This document shows positions 55,893 through 64,000 of a stretch of DNA of 64,000 bases, piece by piece (positions within the stretch are counted from its first letter, which is position 1; each line of letters starts with the position of its first letter). Made by a program: the position numbers and the translations under genes. The stretch is taken from contig OZ025675.1 of NCBI GenBank assembly GCA_964019335.1, positions 186,001 through 250,000 of the forward strand. Direction: 5' to 3'. A model generated the notes under the pieces. It saw only the letters and a list, made by a program, of their open reading frames with translations, was not told the DNA's origin and did not search any database. This stretch comes from Diplonema japonicum (Eukaryota > Protista > Euglenozoa: Diplonemea).

Positions 55893-57584
55893 TCACAACA
55901 CCACAACCCTGCACGGAGCTCCATTTATAACAGCCGATTTGAGCTTCTCAATGGCAGCACCTATAACATGTCCTGAAGGGTGGTTGTCTCTAGACAGCTG
56001 CGATAATGCCTTCTTGTTGTCCCCTTTGAGAAAGGACTCCCCCGCATCGTTGTAGTCACTCCACTCGCTGTCCTCTATGGAGTAAAGCCATTCCACTGAC
56101 TCCTGTTTCGCTTCAACTTCATTGGCCAACACATAACAACGAATGGGTGCGTCCCGTCCACGAACCTCCAAACGTGCCAATACAAGCCGAAAGGAGTATA
56201 TGAAAGCAGTGTCTTTGAATACCTGCAGATTACACGCGATACGGTGCTCGGTAGTGTCTGGTGGCCACTCCCATCTCCAGAATCGTTCGAGGAGGGATGA
56301 TGTTACAGCGGTGCTTCCGAGCATGGTGTGGGACATGAGTTCAGGGCAGCCTGTTGCGCCGCAGTAAGCAGTGCCTGTCGCGAGGCCGATGATGACGATG
56401 CTGGATTCGAGGCTTGATTCGATGGCGATAGCTGCGGTCACTGCTTTCACACTGTGTCTGAGGCAACGGCTGGCGGCATTGAAGGAAGCGTGAACATGGT
56501 CGCCGACGAGGACCCCCACAACACCCGTGTTCGTCCGCACGCTTTGCAGCATCACAGTGATGTAAACAGCGTACCTCTCGGAAAAATCAGGCTTCTCGAC
56601 ATCTTCATGGGTCCCAGTGATGTTGGCGACCATGTACGTAATGGATCGCTTGTCCATTGCCGACAACACCTCGGGTTCCATTGTTTTACTGCTTGAAATC
56701 ATAGTGCTGTTTGTTTCGCTGGATTCTGTCTTCTTCGCTCTACTGCTCGAGGTCTCGCTTGTCAACTGCTCCGAAATAAAGCACGACTGCGGGAGGTAAG
56801 GCCGGTACGTACGAAGGTTCGACAGTATGCTCCGAAAGGAAGCGTACAACGGAGGGGGGAGCTGCGACGCCGACACAGCTTCTTCAGCTTCTTCCAGATC
56901 GAATCGTGACAGGCACAAGGCCGTCCATTCGGCAGTTTTTATGACACGTTCCATTGCATCGTTTTGCTTGTGAAGGTTCGTCGAGAAATTCCTAGTGAAG
57001 TAGAAGTCCAAGAGAAATACCGCCGCGTGGGAACAATGAACACTGACGGCAGCCGATACCGCTTTTTCACATGGGGGTTCCGTACATCCGCATAGCTCAC
57101 GGCGTTCTTGATACCCAATTAAAAAGGGTTCTGGAATGTCGAACAGGCCGAAACGATAAATGTACTCCATGGCAACAACCATAAACCATACAATTGAGGA
57201 GCCTATGATTGTCAGTGTCGCTCTGTTGGGCAGGCGGCAAACGAGCGCGATATCAACTAGAACTATGTTCATGGACCATACGCGGTCGTTGTGCGATACT
57301 GCGGAACGGAGATCGGAAATGAAAATCGAAACGGCGATCGAGTACAGCAGCCATTCCAGCATCGTTTCACGCACTCGCCTTTCAACCATCATCTGTGCAA
57401 ACGTTGTTGAAACTCCGATCAGAGCTGGTACAACACCGAGCGATTTGAACCCGAAGGCAAACAACCCCAAGGACGACAAGACCGTCGATGCAAGCATGAG
57501 GTAGAATATAGTCCTCTTTCTGTGAATCGATTTCTCGCCCTCACCAGGCTGGGCCAACCGTCGAAGGAACCAGTCAATCAACAT
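55893..57584 (-). CDS. Multi-pass membrane adenylate cyclase-like protein with degenerate catalytic domain
   Basis: About six hydrophobic segments, LRTYRPYLP helix, GDHVHASFNA, IGLATG..CG, EWLYSIE (cf. EEWMYQL); first metal Asp appears replaced by Asn. Confidence 0.8.
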   Translation of the reverse strand: MLIDWFLRRLAQPGEGEKSIHRKRTIFYLMLASTVLSSLGLFAFGFKSLGVVPALIGVSTTFAQMMVERRVRETMLEWLLYSIAVSIFISDLRSAVSHNDRVWSMNIVLVDIALVCRLPNRATLTIIGSSIVWFMVVAMEYIYRFGLFDIPEPFLIGYQERRELCGCTEPPCEKAVSAAVSVHCSHAAVFLLDFYFTRNFSTNLHKQNDAMERVIKTAEWTALCLSRFDLEEAEEAVSASQLPPPLYASFRSILSNLRTYRPYLPQSCFISEQLTSETSSSRAKKTESSETNSTMISSSKTMEPEVLSAMDKRSITYMVANITGTHEDVEKPDFSERYAVYITVMLQSVRTNTGVVGVLVGDHVHASFNAASRCLRHSVKAVTAAIAIESSLESSIVIIGLATGTAYCGATGCPELMSHTMLGSTAVTSSLLERFWRWEWPPDTTEHRIACNLQVFKDTAFIYSFRLVLARLEVRGRDAPIRCYVLANEVEAKQESVEWLYSIEDSEWSDYNDAGESFLKGDNKKALSQLSRDNHPSGHVIGAAIEKLKSAVINGAPCRVVVL

Positions 57585-57714
57585 AATTTCTTTTTTTTTC
57601 TTCTTCTTCTTTCTCCCCAACACTTCTGTGTGAATAATTCACGCGGAACTAACAAAAAAGAAAAAGAAAATGGAAGATTCTGCCGACGGCAAGACTTATT
57701 GATATACTTTTCTC

Positions 57715-60009
57715 CTATCCTTGACACAGTATTTCCATTAACTCGCCGAAAGGCACTGCACTGTTCTGATCGAAAGCAGGGTGGCGGGGTCGCGGCGATC
57801 TGTGGGTACTGGGAAGCAGCGGCACGCCAGAAGGTTTCCCCACGACGGTAGACCGCGTGCGGCGTGAAGAGAAAAGCGTCTCGGTGCGATGAAGCCCGGC
57901 ACACACAAGGATGGCACAACGTTGCTGAAGGATGTCAAGCAAATCTGCCACAAGAACAGATGCCCTCGCATGCTTGTGAAGGTTCTTGAAGCACTCTGAA
58001 TACTCCTTATCAGAAGGAAAAACCATGTCTTCTGTCTCCACGATGCGACACAGAGCAGACACAACACGATTCCGAAACCACCTGGCATGCATCATGACAG
58101 ACACGCACAGATCCACCCGCCCCACCGCCTCATTATCCTCCAAGATCTCATATACTCTCGTCATTACCTTCTCCAGCTCCGTTCCCCTCACGAAGCCGAT
58201 GTTTCCAAAACACATTGCAAGGGTTTTTCCAGTCATGTTGCTCAGGTTTTTTACAAGAGCAGCTGACAAACAACACGATGCTCGCACGCATGGAGATTGA
58301 AGTAAACCCCAAGACCGAACAGTCCAGACTAAGCGGGGTAACGCGATAGACCCTATGTGGGACATAATAAAATCCCGTAAGTTCGAAGCCAGGTTAAGAA
58401 CCGTACTGGACCGCAGAAGATTCAGCCCGACACACGCTTCCGCGACCCAAAAATGATTCTTCGTCCCGGGCTGCACCCTGGCGAGTGATCGGGACGCCTT
58501 CTCGAAAAAAACGACCGTGGCAGACTGACAGTCAGGGAAAACCTGTAATTTACACAGACCGTGGAGGATGGCAGAGGCTTCTAAGGGAGGGAAATGTGTA
58601 TCAGTCTTTTGCATGTAGTCCAACATAGTTGCAGGGGGCTTAAGGCGCAGTATCCCGGCAGGAACGATGGCGCGTGTGAATGTTTTAATCTGCAGGATTG
58701 GTTCGAGAAGCAGTTTCGAGGTGTAATGAACGCTCGCCTTGCACACGAGCTGTGCGTCGTGGGATGTTATTTCCGAAGACGACAAGACACGGTGCGCCGC
58801 GGTTTCAAAATACTTGAAAACGTAAGGTTTTTTAACGGAGAGGATCATGAACGAGTTGAGCATCGAGGAAAAATGCCTTGGGGTCGGGATGTTGCCACCC
58901 TTCCACCAGTGCAGCGAAGCCTCGGCGAGAAGCTGCACCGGCTTGGTGTCGTGCCGCATCTTGCAGCACGCCTCTAGCACACTGACAATATTTTGAAACG
59001 TAACAGCTCTCTTGGTCACTTGCTTTGTGAACTTCGAGATCAATATGGTAAGAACTTCTCTCCGTGATTGCAAATCTGAAATAGGCAACGATGACGCTAG
59101 CCCTTTGAGCATCAGCACAACATCCAACGGACGTATCAGTCCTTTCGGAACGCCACCGGACTTTATCAAGAACCCCAGTCTGTCAACAACTTCTTGGCTT
59201 TGAACAGAGAGCTTCTGAAAACCCCACAAGCACAAGGCTACGTCTGCAGGTCGCAATGCGTCTGCGCTGTCCTCCTCGTACTCTGTGAAGACGAATGATC
59301 TCATGGAAACGATCCGGGTTGCGAACTTGTGTATTAAAAACCTGTTTCGCGAGTTTATCAGAATCATCCCTCTAATCAGAGTCACGATGTTCATGAAGGA
59401 CAGGATGGTGATCTCGGCGGGGTCTTTCACAATCTTCCTCTCAATTGCTTCCATCACCTCACCGGCCTCGTGTTTGCCATCTAAAATCATCAAAGCTTTC
59501 ATAACCGAGCAAAGCCGTTTTGTGGTCAACATGTTCACATTTTTCACGGCGTGTAACGTCGCTTCTCGTAGTAGTACTGAGTTGCTCACACGGAAGTGAG
59601 CATAAGCGGTCAGCAGAGAAGACAAATGCGGTGGGTGCATGGTAATTATTTGCTCTGCAACATTGCGGACATGTTTTTTCATCAGACTATCCACCACCCC
59701 TGGATAGTGTCGCTGGTACCTTACGCACGCGTATGGGAGCTCCGTGGTGGGGATGTACTCCTCAAGTGCGAGCAATCTGTTGAACATCTTCAAGATCCCG
59801 TTCCCTACTGGTTCGGGTTCCAGTCTCGCGCACAGCAGCAGCGCCTCTTCTACCTCATTTCCCGTGCCTTCTTTGACCTGCTGGACGTGCTCCCTCACCA
59901 TGCCCCTGACGTGCTCAGGCGTGGCCTTCGAGTCCCACCATTCTTTACCGACCGCCACGTTCCCCTTCCTGTAGCTATTCACAATCGTTCTTAAGCATTT
60001 TCGGGTCAT
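57715..60009 (-). CDS. Helical-repeat protein, possibly organellar RNA-binding (764 aa)
   Basis: Long GC-balanced ORF with repeated P..L...L.A/G...L units (PPHLSSLLTAYAHF, PADVALCLWGFQKL, PRHFSSMLNSFMIL) resembling OPR/HPR/FASTK repeats. Confidence 0.7.
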   Translation of the reverse strand: MTRKCLRTIVNSYRKGNVAVGKEWWDSKATPEHVRGMVREHVQQVKEGTGNEVEEALLLCARLEPEPVGNGILKMFNRLLALEEYIPTTELPYACVRYQRHYPGVVDSLMKKHVRNVAEQIITMHPPHLSSLLTAYAHFRVSNSVLLREATLHAVKNVNMLTTKRLCSVMKALMILDGKHEAGEVMEAIERKIVKDPAEITILSFMNIVTLIRGMILINSRNRFLIHKFATRIVSMRSFVFTEYEEDSADALRPADVALCLWGFQKLSVQSQEVVDRLGFLIKSGGVPKGLIRPLDVVLMLKGLASSLPISDLQSRREVLTILISKFTKQVTKRAVTFQNIVSVLEACCKMRHDTKPVQLLAEASLHWWKGGNIPTPRHFSSMLNSFMILSVKKPYVFKYFETAAHRVLSSSEITSHDAQLVCKASVHYTSKLLLEPILQIKTFTRAIVPAGILRLKPPATMLDYMQKTDTHFPPLEASAILHGLCKLQVFPDCQSATVVFFEKASRSLARVQPGTKNHFWVAEACVGLNLLRSSTVLNLASNLRDFIMSHIGSIALPRLVWTVRSWGLLQSPCVRASCCLSAALVKNLSNMTGKTLAMCFGNIGFVRGTELEKVMTRVYEILEDNEAVGRVDLCVSVMMHARWFRNRVVSALCRIVETEDMVFPSDKEYSECFKNLHKHARASVLVADLLDILQQRCAILVCAGLHRTETLFSSRRTRSTVVGKPSGVPLLPSTHRSPRPRHPAFDQNSAVPFGELMEILCQG

Positions 60010-60523
60010 TCATATTCTTTTCTTTTTGTTACTGCCCTTTTTTTTTTTTCCTCTTTTTTTTTCTTTCCCCCCCCTAAAATAATGTGGAGAAAATAAAGAA
60101 AAAAAAGGGAGTTTTCTTTTTTTTTTTTTGGCTCTTACAGCTCTCACATTCCCACGGGCCCATGTAAAAAAAAAAAGAAAGAGAATAAAAATATAAGTTT
60201 GTCAGGTCCATGAAGGCTACACCCGAGACTCCCAGGGAAAAAAAATACCTAGACACGCTATGGGTAAATGGAATAAATTCAAATTAACATGCAATCTCTC
60301 TGAGACAAAAGCCGCATGCCTAAAAAGGGGGTGGGGGTATGGTCAGTACTAGGTATCTCTCAGTTTCGGTCAAATCTCGCGACTCCTCCAGGTGCTGAGG
60401 CACCCTTCAATGGCCAATAAACTAAAACAGGAGCGACACTTTTTGGCAAGCAACAGAAGGGAAAGGGGGGGAGGAGAGGGAGGGAGAGAAAAGTACCACT
60501 TTCTTATTTCTTTTTTTTTTTAA

Positions 60524-60781
60524 CCCATAAAGGACCGCTGTTTTTCGTCTAAAAAGTCGATTTTGAACTCATTATGGGGTGTAAAAAAAAACAATGTCTG
60601 TGCCACTATTTCTTTTCTCCCCTTGCAGTTTGGATGCAAAAACTTACGGGCATAACGTATAAAAAAAAGTCGCGCAATAGGGCCCCTCTTTAAAGAGTGG
60701 GCATGCAGAGACACTAAAAATACCTTAAGCAGAGTTTTAAATTTCTTTTTAGACTGATTTATCAGCTCCGGTCCTTTAGGG
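60524..60781 (-). mobile_element. piggyBac MITE related to 42578-44130
   Basis: TTAA on both sides; TIR CCC(A)TAAAGGACC; right half is reverse complement of 42578-42695. Confidence 0.85.
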
Positions 60782-60928
60782 TTAAAATAACACTTGACGC
60801 GAACAGTTTTTGTTTTAAGCAAAGACAAAGAAGGGGGGGGGGGGGAAGAAACGGACGCCCCCTGCATAAACGAAGAAAGGCTTGTGTACCAGCTTGCATC
60901 ATGCTCCCATCAGGGGCACCTGCAGATG

Positions 60929-62308
60929 TCAGCCTTTAACGCTTTGCTGTACGGCTTGTTGGCTAGTTGTGGTGAATGATGTTCCATGGCACACGGAACG
61001 CTGGCTGTTCCAGGAAGGTTTGATCCTTTTGATACGGCAGTTCGCTTGCTTCAAGTCGTTTTCGATAACCGCATCCAGTATGTTGTTAAGATCTTGCTCG
61101 GAACACTTGGAAGTGTTCATGCTTTGAACATACGCGCTGAGCGCTTTGTTCTCCTGTCGCTGCAAACTGACGAATTGGATACCGTCGCTCAGAGCTTGTT
61201 CAGCTCCTTTTTTGTCACCTTGGTTGACCAGCTTCGAGACTATTGCCAAGGTTTTGCTCGTTTCGTTAATGGTGTTGGCAGAGACGTAATTGAGGTCCTT
61301 TGTGGTGTTTTTAATATCAGGAATCCTGTTTACGACAAGCTCCTCACTGTTCGTTTTGACGATTCCTTCAGCAGTCGAGAAATATCTGATAGTAATTGTG
61401 CCCACGACGTTGTTTCCCGTGGTGGGGACAGCAGAGAGGTCCATGTTGATGATGAAACTTCTCGTCTGATCCTCGATCAGATCCTTCACAAACATCGTCA
61501 GCTTCCGCTTATCGTCTGATAGGACTGCTTCGTTGTTGTGGAAATTCCCGAGAACGTCGCCTTGAAAAGTAACCCCGTCCTTCAGATCGACGACGACGGT
61601 GATGTTCATCGCTACCACGGAGAGCAGCGTTCCGACGGCAGTAGCGAAATCAAGAACAAGGGTATCGATATCAGCTGGAATTTTATGGTATTCCCCGTTC
61701 CCACGGTTGGCAACAGACACCAAAAGCGCGTCGTCGCATTCGTCTCCATATCCAAAGGTGCTGATTGCAACTGTGCCGTTCGGGTTGATTTTACCAACAT
61801 GGGCTGCCAGTTCCTTGGGGGTTGTGATGCCCTGGTTTGCAACGCCATCTGTGAAGAGCCATAAAGCGTAGTTTTTATCATCTCGCGGGGCTTCCTTCAG
61901 CAGAACATCCATGGCAAGGTTGAGGCCAGCTTCGATATTTGTCAGCCCGTTCGCCGACATGGAAGCAATTTTTTCTCTAGCAAGGGCCTTGCCAGTGTCG
62001 TTCATATATGTCGGCTCGAGGATCAGCTCAGCGGTTGACCCGTAGGTCACGATGCCGAAGAGGTCGGTTTTCCTGAGGGTCATGTCGCCTTCGACGGTGT
62101 TTTCGACCAGCAGCATTAGGGACTTCTTCACGGCTTCCATCCTCCCTTCGCACATCGAGGATGACCTGTCTATCACCGCCATCAGGTACGTCGCTTGGGT
62201 CGGAGTTCCCTCGTTCTTATGCCCGTTCAGTGTTATTGCTGCTTTCATCTCCGTCGCCTCGTTCGAGACTGAGGCGAACTCTGTGTGCTTTGACAACACA
62301 ATACCCAT
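60929..62308 (-). CDS. von Willebrand factor A domain protein (459 aa)
   Basis: MIDAS motifs IDRSSSM, TNIEAGL, LFTDG, STFGYG; start MGIVLSK after an A-rich leader. Confidence 0.88.
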   Translation of the reverse strand: MGIVLSKHTEFASVSNEATEMKAAITLNGHKNEGTPTQATYLMAVIDRSSSMCEGRMEAVKKSLMLLVENTVEGDMTLRKTDLFGIVTYGSTAELILEPTYMNDTGKALAREKIASMSANGLTNIEAGLNLAMDVLLKEAPRDDKNYALWLFTDGVANQGITTPKELAAHVGKINPNGTVAISTFGYGDECDDALLVSVANRGNGEYHKIPADIDTLVLDFATAVGTLLSVVAMNITVVVDLKDGVTFQGDVLGNFHNNEAVLSDDKRKLTMFVKDLIEDQTRSFIINMDLSAVPTTGNNVVGTITIRYFSTAEGIVKTNSEELVVNRIPDIKNTTKDLNYVSANTINETSKTLAIVSKLVNQGDKKGAEQALSDGIQFVSLQRQENKALSAYVQSMNTSKCSEQDLNNILDAVIENDLKQANCRIKRIKPSWNSQRSVCHGTSFTTTSQQAVQQSVKG

Positions 62309-62920
62309 TTTTTTGTTTTGTTTTTCACACCCGAACAACCTTTTCTGTTGTTGTGGGGGGGCGGGGGGGGACCAAGACAACCAGATATTTTCATTATTTA
62401 TGATAAAAAGGAAAGAAAAAAGAGGGCAAAGAATAATGGGAAAGTGCAGCTTGCAGCTTACAAAGAAAAAAAAAAAATAACAACACATATTACTATTTTT
62501 GCTTCCCCCCTCCCCTCGTTTTCTTCTATTGTTTAAAAACAAGCCAACATCGGCTCGTGGATGCACAAGAAGGCACGGGAGGGGGAGACCAAGAGAGGAA
62601 GAGACTGGGTTCTCCCTCCTTGCACTAAACACTTCAGAAATGTGGAAACCTTGAATTCTCTTTCCAAAACAAAAAAAAAGAGAGGAATTGGCTTTTGTTT
62701 GTTTTAGTTTGTTTATACGTGCCGGGAGGGAGGAGGGGGGAGAGAGAAACCTGGGACAAGTTTAGAACCCGAGAAAACACGTTGCCAACGTTCCCCTATA
62801 GTAGAAGAAGCGTTACTTTTTTTGTTTTTTTCTTTTCTTTTCTTTTCTTTTTTTTGTTGTAGTCCACGTTTTCGTTTTTTTTTTTCGAAAATCTGAAGAA
62901 AAATGGGGGGAGAAAGAGGC

Positions 62921-62956
<36 letters not shown>

Positions 62957-64000
62957 TCTTTTCTCCCCCCGTTAAGGTACACCTATTGTTTCGTTGTAAG
63001 CTGACGAAAAATCTTTCTTAGACGTCGGTTTCTTTTTTTTCTTTCTTTTTTTCCCTTTTCAAGGCTTTGAAGAAAAATATATATAAAAAAAGTTGGCAAA
63101 AATGGGGCGGAGAGGGAACGAGGGAGAACTAACACACCGCGCATCAATGTCGTCAAAAAAGAATAAAATATGAGTTAAAGGAGTACCCAATAAAAAAAAA
63201 GGGGGGGGGATGCAACACCAGAGAAGGTGTCTAGGTGACTGTGCGTATACGCCCACAGGAGAGAGAAAGAAAAATAAATAGTTTTATAGTTTTTTTTGTT
63301 TAGAACATAAAAAAAAAAAGAAAATTGTCATTTGTACAAGGGGGCTAACCAATAAAAGTTGTCACTACTCTTTTTGAAAAAGGCAAATAAAAACTCTTTT
63401 TTTTTTTTTTTTTTTGTAATACTGTAAAACGAAAAAAAAAAAAAAAAAAAAAAACCATTCTTCATCAAGAAAAAAAAGAAATTAACAAAAGTCTCGACGA
63501 AAAAAACGAAATAAACCTTTCGTTTTACAGCACAATGTACTGTAGTAAGACAAAACAAGGCCCGAAAGGAATAAATTCTCATCCGTTTCTTTTTCTTTTT
63601 TCCTTTCTTTTTTTTTTTCCCCTTTTTTTTCCCAAAGGTAGAGTACAGAAACTACACAGTGTGGGCTCGCTCCGATTTAATCTTTTCTTAAAAAAAAAAA
63701 AAGAGTTTATTCCGGATTGATTAACGCAACCTTTTAAAACAACGAGGTGTCTATCTTACTTACGTACCACAAGCCAGTGTTTAGTTTCGACAATAGTAAA
63801 CTGATAGGTCAGAACAAAAAGAATTATAAAAGAGAAGAAAAAAAAAAACTAATTCAGTAGTTGGATAAAAAAAAGGGGGGGGACGGGTTTACAGACCATC
63901 TTGTTCATCATTCTTTCGTTTTTCTTTTTAAAATTTCTTTTTCGCCTTCTGTCGCCGAAAGCAGCTGACAAGAAAATCTGTTTTTTTTTTTCTTTCTTTT

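Noticed and set aside
63641-63655. AGTTTCTGTACT on the minus strand, matching the euglenozoan spliced-leader core
   Set aside because: Only 12 nt; no rest of the exon or GT donor

Overview
Eukaryotic DNA with A/T-homopolymer-rich intergenic regions. Every credible host gene is single-exon and on the minus strand, which fits a euglenozoan (probably diplonemid/kinetoplastid-like) polycistronic unit; the organism call is inference. The core is a tandem array of nine ~800-950 aa two-TM receptor cyclase-like paralogues (5.4-50.9 kb). Only one (33573-36437) has a catalytically complete class III adenylyl cyclase domain; the other eight carry only a degenerate pseudo-cyclase tail. The paralogues are mosaics: divergent ectodomain types and divergent cytoplasmic tail types are joined in different combinations through two nucleotide-homogenised constant blocks. 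Right of the array lie an ATD-less ionotropic glutamate receptor-like channel, a RING-WW protein, a multi-TM pseudo-cyclase, a helical-repeat protein and a VWA protein. Intergenic DNA holds a frameshifted pogo-like DD35D transposon inserted in a stop codon, piggyBac remnants and MITEs, GGC-ended MITEs with 4-bp CT(A/T)(A/G) target duplications, hairpin-headed non-autonomous elements, and deletion-shredded shadows of neighbouring genes.
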